From positions 1-64,000 of the IMG/VR virus record IMGVR_UViG_3300044213_000051: DNA of 64,000 nt; one strand, written 5' to 3'. This document shows, one piece after another, positions 28,154 to 37,966 of this stretch. Under the pieces are notes generated by a model. The model was not told the origin of the DNA. It did no database searches and saw nothing but the letters and a program-made list of their open reading frames with translations. Numbering within the stretch: the stretch's first letter is position 1; each line of letters opens with the position of its first letter. The DNA is from a virus. The position numbers were made by a program, and so were the translations under genes.

Positions 28154-28627
28154 TTAATGAATCGTATCATTACCATCAACGAAGTTCTTGTTCTCATCAA
28201 TTATGCTCTTTAGCATATCAAGACGTTTCTTTACTTCTTCCATTGTTAATTCAGACAGCTCTTCATTAACACCCTCCTGATCATCTTCCCACTGCAGATC
28301 TTCTGCTTTATTTCCCTGAGTTGCAAGCACCTCTCGAGAGTTTTCCTCTACGATGCGATTGAAGTGGGGAATTAAAATATGATGGAGATTTTTGATAAAC
28401 AGGATTTTACTTTTGTCAATGACCAGTGATTGATCATCGGAGAATTTTGAATATGGAGTTGCGGTAACGTGTTCTTTACCGTTGTTCCCTTCCATAACAG
28501 GAAACAATCTAATTAACATCGGATTTAAAATTTTGATCTGGTCTGCAGTTTCAGCTTCCAACACAGCCATTACTTGTTCACCAGAAACAAATTTTACAAT
28601 TACGTAGTGCTCGTTACCAGTTAACAT
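28154..28627 (-). CDS. Conserved Sm-like hypothetical protein between uvsW and 55
   Basis: IVKFVSGEQVMA..., conserved position in T4-like genomes. Confidence 0.65.
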   Translation of the reverse strand: MLTGNEHYVIVKFVSGEQVMAVLEAETADQIKILNPMLIRLFPVMEGNNGKEHVTATPYSKFSDDQSLVIDKSKILFIKNLHHILIPHFNRIVEENSREVLATQGNKAEDLQWEDDQEGVNEELSELTMEEVKKRLDMLKSIIDENKNFVDGNDTIH

Positions 28628-30105
28628 AAATTTACCTCTACCAATTTTAAATCAAATTGTTCTTCAGCATAAGTTTTGTATCTTTCTGCTGCGTGATTCA
28701 ATGTATGATTTTTCCAAGATTTCCAATGCAGATCGTCAGCAATATCATATAGATTACAATGCGTTTTTCCATCTTTCAAACGCAACCCTCTACCGATTGA
28801 TTGTAAGTTTCGTATCTTACTTTTCGAGGGAGATGCAAAGATAACATTTTCCAACGAAGGTATGTTAATACCAGTTGAGAAAGTGCCAAACGAAGCTACA
28901 ATAATAGCGTCGTCTTCTCCCTCTGTTATGTGTCTAATAGACTCACGATCTGCAGTTTCTGTTCCACCATAAACGAAAAATACTTTTCGATCTTCGTGAA
29001 CTTTACTTTTAATCATATCGTATAGGACTTTGCCGTGCTTTTCAACGTATTGAAAAAGAACCAGCGTATTGCCGTTAGATTTTACTGCCAAGTTTCGAAT
29101 AAACTTGTTTCTTGGTTCACAAGTAACTAGCCAATCCATTTCTTCTTGGTACGTGTTATTCTTTCGTCCTTTACGAATCTCATCATTATATTTCAGAACT
29201 ACACATGTAATATTTAGTTGTGCGAGTTTCTGTGTTTCCATCAACTGTTTAGTAGTGGTAACCCTGTGAACTGGACCAAACATACCCTCAAGAACTAAAC
29301 GATGAACCTTTTTGTTATCAAGTGTTCCTGTTGTTCCGATGCGATAGCGAATGTTATCCATTTTTTCCATTACAGTAGATAATGACTTCGCTTTAAACTG
29401 ATGCGCTTCGTCTCCGAAAATTACATCGAACTGTTTGAACCAAGCACGTGGTTGTAAATAAACAGATTGCCAAGTTGTAATAAGAACATCTTTGGTAAAA
29501 TCTTTTGAGAATCCACTGTATAATTTTTGACAATGACCAGAAACACTCCATTTATTTTCAGTTGAGTAATCTTCAAAGTCAGCGTATAATTGTTCTACTA
29601 AAGATGTTGTTGGAACAATAATAATACATTTACGATTGTGAGCAAGGTGCCATCTCATCGTAGTGTAGATGATAAACGATTTACCTGATGCTGTTGGAGA
29701 AAGAAGTAGAGTACGTTCTTTATCAAGAGCAGTCTTTACTGCTTCTACTTGATAGTCACGAATTTCAATAGGTTGCCCACGACCCATTGGTTTCAAAATT
29801 TTTGCGAATCCTTCAACTTGTTCGTGAGTGATTCCATTTTGATATGTTACTTGATTTAAATATTCAACCGCATAGCCATTGCGTGTTGCGAATTCTTCCA
29901 CGTATGAAACCAAACCTACATAGAGTGTTTTTCTCACTTGATCATATAAACGAACTTTACCATCCCACAAACGTGCTCTATACTGTGGAGTAAATCTTGC
30001 TCCTGGATACTCGTATGTGAAAAAGTCCGATAGTTCTTGTTCGACACTTGGGTCGCTGAACACTCGGACATAAACCTCATCTAATTTTTCAATTTTAATT
30101 AACAT
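28621..30105 (-). CDS. uvsW: SF2 helicase UvsW
   Basis: SPTASGKS, GDEAH, GTTGT, QSIGRGLR. Confidence 0.97.
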   Translation of the reverse strand: MLIKIEKLDEVYVRVFSDPSVEQELSDFFTYEYPGARFTPQYRARLWDGKVRLYDQVRKTLYVGLVSYVEEFATRNGYAVEYLNQVTYQNGITHEQVEGFAKILKPMGRGQPIEIRDYQVEAVKTALDKERTLLLSPTASGKSFIIYTTMRWHLAHNRKCIIIVPTTSLVEQLYADFEDYSTENKWSVSGHCQKLYSGFSKDFTKDVLITTWQSVYLQPRAWFKQFDVIFGDEAHQFKAKSLSTVMEKMDNIRYRIGTTGTLDNKKVHRLVLEGMFGPVHRVTTTKQLMETQKLAQLNITCVVLKYNDEIRKGRKNNTYQEEMDWLVTCEPRNKFIRNLAVKSNGNTLVLFQYVEKHGKVLYDMIKSKVHEDRKVFFVYGGTETADRESIRHITEGEDDAIIVASFGTFSTGINIPSLENVIFASPSKSKIRNLQSIGRGLRLKDGKTHCNLYDIADDLHWKSWKNHTLNHAAERYKTYAEEQFDLKLVEVNLC

Positions 30106-30542
30106 TACATCCCAGCTAAAAATCTCTTCCATTCTACAGCTGTTTTAATTTGCCAGTCACGTGCTTTAATTTGGCTGAGAACAGATTCCAAAAAGTATAT
30201 CATTGTTTCAAGATAATCAATCTTCACCTTCAATGTATTTAGATCAGTGTCACCAGAGAGAAACTCATCCATTTCATTTTTAAGTGGCTTAACACCTTGC
30301 CATTGTAACCAACCAAGATCTGTCAATTCATCTCGAGACAATTCTCCACGATAATAACGAAACTTGTTTTTACGCAGAATGTTATAATCAGAACTTAATT
30401 TTGTGTGTTTGAGTTTAACATTAACAAGTAATCTTACATACTTGGCGTGTAGTTTTGGTGTTGCTGTAGAATTTTCGCCCAGATAGTTATCATCAATTTG
30501 GGAATCAACATCCCACATGTCCTGCATTTCTTCAAGTGTCAT
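30105..30542 (-). CDS. uvsY: Recombination mediator UvsY
   Basis: W..DSQID, PKLHAKY, R.WQIKTAVEWKRFLAG; 3-uvsY-uvsW synteny. Confidence 0.92.
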   Translation of the reverse strand: MTLEEMQDMWDVDSQIDDNYLGENSTATPKLHAKYVRLLVNVKLKHTKLSSDYNILRKNKFRYYRGELSRDELTDLGWLQWQGVKPLKNEMDEFLSGDTDLNTLKVKIDYLETMIYFLESVLSQIKARDWQIKTAVEWKRFLAGM

Positions 30543-30555
30543 AATATCTCCAATG

Positions 30556-30595
30556 TTCGTAGTATAATTTTACTACGAATCTGCAATAATGTCAA
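30556..30595 (-). promoter_or_regulatory. uvsY promoter with overlapping 9-bp inverted repeat
   Basis: TTGACA-17 nt-TAAAAT; TTCGTAGTA/TACTACGAA arms at 30556-30564 and 30571-30579. Confidence 0.7.
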
Positions 30596-31122
30596 GCGAA
30601 ATTAAAGTAAGAAAACTTAAAAGTTGCATTACCAACAATATATGGAACATCAGTATTTGTAGACTCGAACATAACTGCGTCAATGGAAGCAGGGAATATA
30701 TCGTAGAAATTTACAGTTTGGCTAACGTTGTTGGAATGGTCAAGAATTAATAATGTTGCGTTTGATAAGTTTTTTGCAAGTTCAGATAAAGCTGTAACTG
30801 CGTTTGCGTCTACAAGATTAATGTATTGTTGATATGTTTCAGGAAACCCCAACGCAACAATCCAATTGTAAATTGCTTTGTAGTTCGCCATCGATTCATC
30901 AATTTGAAACTGAATGTTCAAAGTGTCATACGTCAAGTGATCGCCTGGAATTGGGATGTTAGCAAATGGGTTACCGAAATCTGGAGAACCAAGAGTTATC
31001 CCTGGAAGATTTACTTGCTGACAGAAGTAAGACATCTCTGGCAATGATGCGATCGTAAACAAAAACCCATTAGGCGATAATGGAGTTATTTTTTGCGGAA
31101 TTGGGTTAGATGTAATAGTCAT
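30592..31122 (-). CDS. 3: Tail completion/tube terminator protein (T4 gp3)
   Basis: LSPNGFLF, YFCQQVNLPGI, IPGDHLTY, DESMANY..IYNW. Confidence 0.9.
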   Translation of the reverse strand: MTITSNPIPQKITPLSPNGFLFTIASLPEMSYFCQQVNLPGITLGSPDFGNPFANIPIPGDHLTYDTLNIQFQIDESMANYKAIYNWIVALGFPETYQQYINLVDANAVTALSELAKNLSNATLLILDHSNNVSQTVNFYDIFPASIDAVMFESTNTDVPYIVGNATFKFSYFNFA

Positions 31123-31127
31123 AATAG

Positions 31128-31135
31128 TATTTATC
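31128..31135 (-). promoter_or_regulatory. Late (gp55-type) promoter
   Basis: GATAAATA; similar xTAAATA boxes precede gp22, gp19, gp18 and fibre genes. Confidence 0.65.
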
Positions 31136-31140
31136 TTATG

Positions 31141-31169
31141 AAAAAAGAGGGATCCGAAGACCCCTCTTT
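31141..31169 (-). terminator. Intrinsic terminator after the major capsid gene
   Basis: AAAGAGGGGTC-TTCG-GATCCCTCTTTTTT; C(UUCG)G tetraloop. Confidence 0.9.
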
Positions 31170-31206
31170 AAATACCGTTCTTACGTCGGTTTAATTAAAA
31201 ACTTGA

Positions 31207-32511
31207 TTACATCAAGTTAGTAACAGCAACCTTACGGTAGTAGTAGTTTTGACCAGCGCCAAGGTTAGTATTGCCATTGTCCAATTGAACGAATGGGTTA
31301 GAAACCATACCGTAGCGAGTCTTGAAACCGATCTTAGGTTGGAAGCTGTTAGGATCAACTGCACGAACCAATTGTAGTGGAACGTATGGGCAGTAGAACA
31401 AACCAGCGTCGAATGCTGAAGTACCTTTGTAACCAGCTACGAAGAACTGAGTAGAAGATTGGTTAGCAGCATATGGATCGATATACACTTTATATTTGCC
31501 GTTTAATACACCAGCGAAAGTAGTTGATGCTTCATCAACATTTAGACCATTGTTACGGTCAAGAGCTGGAGTATAGTCAAGAACTCCCGCCATCGCTAAA
31601 GCAGATGCAACATCGCTTGAGCAGATTAGGAAGTTAGCACGACCACGACGAGTTTGTTGAGCAATCGCATTGGCTTCACGTTCGATTTGGAACATTAGAC
31701 CTTTGAATTTTTCAACAGACCAACGACCATTTGAGTCGATATCTAAGTCGAAAGTACCAGCAGTAGCAGTACCAACTTGAGCACCAACTTTAGCAGAAGA
31801 GTAAACTGTACGAACAACTTCACGGTTGATCTCAGTCATAATCTCAGCAGAAAGAATGTTGCTCAATTCGCCTTCAGCGTCAAGACCATGAACAGCTTTC
31901 AAGTCTTGTGCTAATTCAACTGTGTATTCAGCTTTTAGAGCACGAGTTTGAGCAGTTACGCTAGTCTTTTCGATTGAGAAAGCCATTTCAGCAAAAGCAC
32001 CACCACCAGAAGTACCTAGAGCTTCTGCGTTAGCAGTAGTCATACCAGTACCAGTAGTGTAAGCACCGCTCACTGGGTTAGAACCAGTTTGAGTACCAGT
32101 ACCAGAGAAAGCGTCGTTAGCTTCGTTGAACAATGCTTCAGTACCGTTTTGGCTGCTGTAGCGTGATTTCATTGCGAAGATCAAACCAGTTGGTTGAGTC
32201 ATTGGCTGAACACCGCAAATATCGTAAGCGATAAGTTGTGGCATAGCACGACGTACTAGGCTGATCAATACTGGATCGTAGCCAGCTACGGTACCAGTAG
32301 CAGCACCAGAACCACCAAGGGCTAGACCAGTACCACCAGAGTTAGTTGGAGCATTTTCGAAAAGAGCTTCAGCTTGTTTGCTCATTTCGCGTTCTTGGTT
32401 CTCTAAAAGAACCGCAGTCACTTCTTTACGATAGTGATCTTTAATTTGTGGTAGCGATTCGTGTTCAAGAATCGGTGCCCACTTTTTAAGTAAGTCTTGA
32501 CGTGCAGTCAT
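31207..32511 (-). CDS. 23: Major capsid protein (T4 gp23)
   Basis: LISLVRRAMPQLIAYDICGVQPM, RALKAEY..ELAQDLKAVHGLDAE, FYCPYVPL, GFKTRYG. Confidence 0.98.
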   Translation of the reverse strand: MTARQDLLKKWAPILEHESLPQIKDHYRKEVTAVLLENQEREMSKQAEALFENAPTNSGGTGLALGGSGAATGTVAGYDPVLISLVRRAMPQLIAYDICGVQPMTQPTGLIFAMKSRYSSQNGTEALFNEANDAFSGTGTQTGSNPVSGAYTTGTGMTTANAEALGTSGGGAFAEMAFSIEKTSVTAQTRALKAEYTVELAQDLKAVHGLDAEGELSNILSAEIMTEINREVVRTVYSSAKVGAQVGTATAGTFDLDIDSNGRWSVEKFKGLMFQIEREANAIAQQTRRGRANFLICSSDVASALAMAGVLDYTPALDRNNGLNVDEASTTFAGVLNGKYKVYIDPYAANQSSTQFFVAGYKGTSAFDAGLFYCPYVPLQLVRAVDPNSFQPKIGFKTRYGMVSNPFVQLDNGNTNLGAGQNYYYRKVAVTNLM

Positions 32512-32526
32512 GGTTTTTCCTTTTAA

Positions 32527-33576
32527 TTACTTGATGTTGTTAAATACATGCATGTAGCGTTTAACAGAAGGGTCAATTACTTTCTCTTCAGTTAAAGTTT
32601 CTACAGGAGTGTCAGTTACTACAGAACTAACTGTAGCTGCCTTGGTAGTGAAATAATTTTCACGAATTGTCTGAACTTTTGCAGCAAAAGTATCAGCGTC
32701 CTCATATGACAATTCTTCAGCTAGACCTTTTAGTTTCTCAACTTGAGTATCAGACAAACCAACACATGCTTCGCTTACTAGTTCAGCACGCTTCATTTCG
32801 CTGATTGATTTTTTCAATTCAACGTTAGAAGCTAATTGTTCGTTTAACTTTTCTTCAAGTTCAGCAACACGATCTTCCATCTCAGCCATTACATCGAACT
32901 TCTCTTCAGGCATATCGATATAATGTTCTTCGAAAAGACCTTTAAGTCCAGAAACGAATCCTTCGAGGATTTCGGACTTCATACCACGCTCAAGGGCTAA
33001 TTCATTCTGTGCAATCCACTGCTCGACAACGTAGTCGAGATATCCATCAACTTTTTCAACAAGACCCTCTTGATTCTGTGCCGCAGCTTCTTCTAGCTTG
33101 GCTTCGAATTCTTCTTCGATTCGTGCAACTTCAGCTTTTACACGAGCCATAACCGCAGCTTCAAAAATAGTAGCAGCTTTGGTTTTAAATTCTTCAGTAA
33201 GTTCTTCGCCATTCAACATAGCGTCGATATCTTCTTTCATACCAGCGATATGGCTTGCTTCTGGAGCAGACTCTTTATCGTTAGCTTTGTTCTTTTTCTT
33301 AGCTTGACCTTTAGCGATTGCTTCGTCTTGGTCGCGAGCATCGTTACGAGCATTGTCAGGGTTTGCGTTTTCGCCTTGGGCTTTAACAGCGTCACCTTGA
33401 CGAATAACATCTTCAGATGGTTCGTTTTCGCTATTGCCAGTTGGCTCAGATTTGTTCATTTTTTCCAAATGATTTTCTTCTGCAGCAGAGGCATTAGCTG
33501 TTACGGGATTTGATTCGTCCAACTGGGCTTTGCGAGACTCAGCAAGCAACTCAGCGATTTTTTGTTCGATTGACAT
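32527..33576 (-). CDS. 22: Prohead core scaffold protein (T4 gp22)
   Basis: FKTKAATIFEAAV, VDGYLDYVVEQW, LFEEHYI. Confidence 0.93.
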   Translation of the reverse strand: MSIEQKIAELLAESRKAQLDESNPVTANASAAEENHLEKMNKSEPTGNSENEPSEDVIRQGDAVKAQGENANPDNARNDARDQDEAIAKGQAKKKNKANDKESAPEASHIAGMKEDIDAMLNGEELTEEFKTKAATIFEAAVMARVKAEVARIEEEFEAKLEEAAAQNQEGLVEKVDGYLDYVVEQWIAQNELALERGMKSEILEGFVSGLKGLFEEHYIDMPEEKFDVMAEMEDRVAELEEKLNEQLASNVELKKSISEMKRAELVSEACVGLSDTQVEKLKGLAEELSYEDADTFAAKVQTIRENYFTTKAATVSSVVTDTPVETLTEEKVIDPSVKRYMHVFNNIK

Positions 33577-33619
33577 CGTTTTCTCCTAACTGGATAAGTT
33601 CTATTTAATTATTTATTAT

Positions 33620-34273
33620 TTATCTGATTTTACTCAGGAAATTTTGGAAAGCACGAATTTTGGCTTCCTGTAAATTCTTAGAAGATGCGTTTCTAATTAA
33701 AGTCTTCGCTTCCTCAATATTTCTCTCCACAAACTTTCCATCAACGAATACCCATTCTTTATTCTCCATAATACCACGTACGTAAGCATCTGGAGCAGAT
33801 GGGTCGGCAACGATGTCTGCTGCAGTAGACAGCATAAAATCGTCCTGAACGACTTGGACACCTTCTTTGTTTAATCGAAGAGAACCTAGTGCTCGTGAAG
33901 ACACGCCAAGATTCGCACCACCTTCTAAAAGACCTTTAGCGATTTGACCCATTGGAGTATCTAAAATTTTGGCACGACCGATATAGTTAGTGCCTTCTTT
34001 ACGCAAAGAAGTGATTAGGTGAGAAACACGATCTAAGTTAATAGATGGGTTTTCTGGATGACCCAATTCGCCGTAAGCACGGTTCTTCTCTACATATTCT
34101 TTAATGTAACGATCAACTTCACGATCCATAACTGATTCTGGATACATGCGTCCGTTACGATTTTTTAATTCTGATTGAAGGAAAACACCTTCAATAAAAT
34201 ATTGTTTTGGTTTGCCTAACTTTTCTTCAACGATTACGTTGGAAGTTTCGACAACTTCTCTAATCAGTTTCAT
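33620..34273 (-). CDS. 21: Prohead protease (T4 gp21)
   Basis: NRNGRMYP, GELGHP, GVSSRALGS, DIVADPSAPDA. Confidence 0.96.
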   Translation of the reverse strand: MKLIREVVETSNVIVEEKLGKPKQYFIEGVFLQSELKNRNGRMYPESVMDREVDRYIKEYVEKNRAYGELGHPENPSINLDRVSHLITSLRKEGTNYIGRAKILDTPMGQIAKGLLEGGANLGVSSRALGSLRLNKEGVQVVQDDFMLSTAADIVADPSAPDAYVRGIMENKEWVFVDGKFVERNIEEAKTLIRNASSKNLQEAKIRAFQNFLSKIR

Positions 34274-34275
34274 TT

Positions 34276-34737
34276 TTATACCTTACCTGGAGAACCAGAC
34301 TGAGTTGTTGAAGCACCAACGATAGTTGGATCATCGTAAGCACCGTAAGTAGCATTCTCAACTGTAGTATCCCAACCAGCAACTTTACGTAGTACTAGAT
34401 AACCATTAACTGCTTTAGCAGCATCATTAACGATAACGATGTCAGCAGTGTTGTTTGTTGTATCAGACCAACCATTCTGAGTAAAATCGAAAAATGGTGC
34501 GTTTTCTGGAGCAGCTGAAATAATGTTCTTACCACTACGAGTAATTCTAGTGCCAGCCCCAAGTTCACCTGTGATCAAAACTTTAGTGATGTTCACTGTT
34601 GGCGCATCAGAGTTTCTTGCCTGAGTTGCGCAACCTAATGACGCAAGAGAAATAGTACCAGATTCAGCAGCGACTGTGTCGAAGTGAATAACTGTCTCTT
34701 GGTTTGTATTTTTAATTGTTGTGAATAAAACAGCCAT
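34276..34737 (-). CDS. Hypothetical virion-associated protein
   Basis: 153-aa ORF within the head operon. Confidence 0.65.
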   Translation of the reverse strand: MAVLFTTIKNTNQETVIHFDTVAAESGTISLASLGCATQARNSDAPTVNITKVLITGELGAGTRITRSGKNIISAAPENAPFFDFTQNGWSDTTNNTADIVIVNDAAKAVNGYLVLRKVAGWDTTVENATYGAYDDPTIVGASTTQSGSPGKV

Positions 34738-34741
34738 TTGA

Positions 34742-35284
34742 TTATTCCTTAATCTTATTGATTACATAGAAAAAATTATTTTTTGATTCTCTCATGTATT
34801 CAACGACTTCTAAATTGTTTGCCAATAAATTATTTAGCTCTTGTTGTGTTTCTTCATTTATTGCAACAACAGTTCCATCAGCTAAAACATAATCAAGTTT
34901 ATTTTCTATGATCGAATCCAATTTGTTTAAAGCACGAATTTTTTGAACAACTGGATCTACTGTAAATAGTTTAGAAGAAGCAAGCTCTACGTATGATTCA
35001 ATTAACTGTTCTGTAACTTTAATGTCGTAATATTCTTTAATGATAGTAGCGATACGAGATTCAGACATCTCTTCGTATATTTCCTGAGCGACTTCTTTTT
35101 CTAAATTTTCTGAGTAATGTTTATTCTTAACAAATATTCTTGCTTCTTCTAACTCTTTAAACTTTGTCTCTTCACCATCAATTAAGATAGAACCTTCGGT
35201 AGTCTTTTCAATAAGACTACCAAAAGAACGGATCGACTCAGCGATTCCTGTTTTTAGAGATTTCTTAAACTGGGTAAAATACAT
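34742..35284 (-). CDS. Hypothetical prohead core-region protein (gp68 position)
   Basis: Acidic, located between gp67-like and gp21. Confidence 0.6.
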   Translation of the reverse strand: MYFTQFKKSLKTGIAESIRSFGSLIEKTTEGSILIDGEETKFKELEEARIFVKNKHYSENLEKEVAQEIYEEMSESRIATIIKEYYDIKVTEQLIESYVELASSKLFTVDPVVQKIRALNKLDSIIENKLDYVLADGTVVAINEETQQELNNLLANNLEVVEYMRESKNNFFYVINKIKE

Positions 35285-35712
35285 TACTTGTTTAATTTTT
35301 TTAGTGTTAATGCTAAACGAGCACGTTTCCCAGCTTTACCTGAGTCGTGTTCATGTTTGTGTTCATATTCAGAAGTAGATTCGCCAGCACGTTTTGCTGC
35401 ACGAGTTAAAGCACCTGGATGTTTGATAGCACCCGCGATCCAATTTTTAGCTTCGTATACCAACTGTTGTTCTTCTTCATCCAAAACAGAAATTTCTTCT
35501 TCTGTTAAAGAAGTAATAGCAAGCATTTCTTCTTCTGATAGATCGAAACTTTCTTCAACAACTGGAGTAGTGAACATACTCTTAGCCATATCAATGCGCA
35601 TATCATCTAAACGAGCAGCAATTTTTTCTGCCATTGCAGCGTTAAATGATGTTTCAATAGCATCAGCATTACCACTTGCCAGTGCGCTTACTAAATTTTT
35701 AGTTGCTTCCAT
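35284..35712 (-). CDS. 67: Prohead core protein gp67-like with basic C-terminal extension
   Basis: N-terminal LVSALASGN...FNAAMAEKIAARLDDMRIDMAKSMF resembles T4 gp67; directly follows the portal gene. Confidence 0.65.
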   Translation of the reverse strand: MEATKNLVSALASGNADAIETSFNAAMAEKIAARLDDMRIDMAKSMFTTPVVEESFDLSEEEMLAITSLTEEEISVLDEEEQQLVYEAKNWIAGAIKHPGALTRAAKRAGESTSEYEHKHEHDSGKAGKRARLALTLKKLNK

Positions 35713-37313
35713 TATTTACTCCCTTTGTTATTACCGTTAGTTTGCTGTGGTGGTTCAGGTTCTAAATTTGGATCAGGAATAGCATTCTGAACCGCATAAT
35801 TCTGAGCAGCCACTTGTTGAACACCTTGAATTTGACCTTCGTGTTCAGCGAAACTTAGTTGTTCATCACGATCTTCTTCCATTTCACTTTCCATCTGTTC
35901 GATGTCATCATCAGTTTGCATTAATACATTTTTACGAACCCACATTGAAGAATAGTATCTACCAATGTATGGTTCAATTTGTTGTAAAGCAGCGATTCTC
36001 TGCAACAAAATTTCATTGTCTTTTAATTCAGAGAAATGATTATCTTCTTGATAATCATAATAGATTGAATCTTCAACCTGTTCCCACTCATCAGCAGCAA
36101 TAATACCTTTAGCGATAAGTTGTACTCTTAAAGCACCGCTAAACAAATATGAAAATTTCTTACGAATACGATTGATGAACTTATTAAACTTAATTTCATC
36201 ACGTGTAATTTCAGTGCTACGACCAAGAGCAAAACCAGATGACTCTTGTAGTCTAGACAATGGCACATTAAGTGCTTGATATAACTTCTTCTGGAAATAC
36301 TGAATATCTTCAATATCGCCAAGATTCTGTCCACCTGGAAGTGTTGTAATTTCTGTACCTTTACCACCTTCACGACGTGGCATCCAGAAATCTTCCATCA
36401 TACTTAAGTGACGACGATCGTCACGAACTTCACCAGTGGTAGCATCATAAACAATCTTATTACGGAACTTATTCATAATGTCCGCAACATATTGTTCAGC
36501 TTTAATCTTTGGTAAGTTACCTACGTCTACATAGAATACACGTCTTTCAGGAGCACGTGAAATACGATAGATAACAACCGCATCTTCAATCATTTTTAAC
36601 TGGTTCGTTGGCTTAATTGCTTTATGCAAATAAGACATCATAATACCAGTGTTATTGTCTATCAAACCAGATGGTGCATAGACAATAGAATCTAGTGACA
36701 TTTTAATACCCTGAGTAGATGCCTCAGTAATACCTTTGTCGTTATAAATGTAGTATTCTTCTACTTTCTTTACAACTTCAATACCCTTTGCGTCTTTCTG
36801 TTTGTCAATCGTTTTAACTTTGCGGATTTTTCTTGGGTCCACATAACGCATTTCTTGAATACCAGCTTTGGGATTCTTTGGGTCTATCAATACATTATAA
36901 TACAAACGACCATCTACGTACCAATTCTTAAATATATCATGGCCACGATGGTCGAATTTTAATAACTTTAATATGTAAGCAAATTCTTCACGAATTTTAC
37001 TTTTAATTTTTTCCGATACGTCTAATTTATCAAGATTAATTTTAACCGTGCTATCATCGTTTTCAGAAATAATCGCTTCATTGATAATGTCCTCAATAGC
37101 CATATCACAATCGGCATATTGAGAAACTTCTCTATATCTACGAATAAGGTCGTTTTCGTTCTTGATAATTGTATCAAGATCCATAACCATACCGTAGTAT
37201 GACGCAGTTGATGCGGATACTACGGTTGATCCATCTTCGGATGTTGGAGGTATTACGCTACCAACATCACGAATTTCGTCCTTACGTTTTATTTCAAAAC
37301 CAAATAATTGCAT
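35712..37313 (-). CDS. 20: Portal protein (T4 gp20)
   Basis: WYVDGRLYY, NQLKMIEDAVVIYRISRAPERRVFYVDVGNLP, EDFWMPRREGGKGTEI. Confidence 0.98.
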   Translation of the reverse strand: MQLFGFEIKRKDEIRDVGSVIPPTSEDGSTVVSASTASYYGMVMDLDTIIKNENDLIRRYREVSQYADCDMAIEDIINEAIISENDDSTVKINLDKLDVSEKIKSKIREEFAYILKLLKFDHRGHDIFKNWYVDGRLYYNVLIDPKNPKAGIQEMRYVDPRKIRKVKTIDKQKDAKGIEVVKKVEEYYIYNDKGITEASTQGIKMSLDSIVYAPSGLIDNNTGIMMSYLHKAIKPTNQLKMIEDAVVIYRISRAPERRVFYVDVGNLPKIKAEQYVADIMNKFRNKIVYDATTGEVRDDRRHLSMMEDFWMPRREGGKGTEITTLPGGQNLGDIEDIQYFQKKLYQALNVPLSRLQESSGFALGRSTEITRDEIKFNKFINRIRKKFSYLFSGALRVQLIAKGIIAADEWEQVEDSIYYDYQEDNHFSELKDNEILLQRIAALQQIEPYIGRYYSSMWVRKNVLMQTDDDIEQMESEMEEDRDEQLSFAEHEGQIQGVQQVAAQNYAVQNAIPDPNLEPEPPQQTNGNNKGSK

Positions 37314-37334
37314 AATTAAATTTTCAAGTTAATA

Positions 37335-37931
37335 TTAAACTGGGATTGGGAAAGTGCCAATCGGAGTGCTTACGCTAGCATTCAATCCAAATCCGTTAGT
37401 ACCGCTTGCAACATCAGATACGAAGTAGTTGTATTGGAACTCAACATCAAACTGTTCGATCTGGTTTTGTTGGTCAAAATCTAATGCGATTGGACCAATG
37501 TTAACAGGGAAAGCATCGTGGAATGTGTAAGTCTTAATAACATTACCAGCACGATCTAATTGACGAATGTTCAAGTCAACTTGATAGTCACGTGGGTTAG
37601 TGATACCGTCCGTGCTAGCATAGTTTTGAATACCATTCTGCCATTGTTCAAACGCATTACGGATGTTGAAAGAAACATCGTTGTAAATTGTTACAGTCCA
37701 TGGTGCGTAGTTACGTTCACCAGCGAAGTTCACTGGACGACCACGATAAAGAACAGAGATGTTCTCGATAGTGGAAGCAGGCATCTGAGCAGCTTTACAT
37801 AAAAACTGCGCACGAGTACCAGCGATTACACCCAATGGAACAAACGATGGGAATGTTAACTCTGCTCTAAACTGGTTAGGGCGAGCACCACCCCCAAGCA
37901 TCTGGGCTTTAAAATCAGCAATATTTGCCAT
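37335..37931 (-). CDS. 19: Tail tube protein (T4 gp19)
   Basis: GGGARPNQF, AGERNYAPWTVTIYND, QLDRAG, IEQFDVEFQY. Confidence 0.95.
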   Translation of the reverse strand: MANIADFKAQMLGGGARPNQFRAELTFPSFVPLGVIAGTRAQFLCKAAQMPASTIENISVLYRGRPVNFAGERNYAPWTVTIYNDVSFNIRNAFEQWQNGIQNYASTDGITNPRDYQVDLNIRQLDRAGNVIKTYTFHDAFPVNIGPIALDFDQQNQIEQFDVEFQYNYFVSDVASGTNGFGLNASVSTPIGTFPIPV

Positions 37932-37966
37932 TTAATTCTCCTTTATTGTTCTTTACTATTTAGCTC

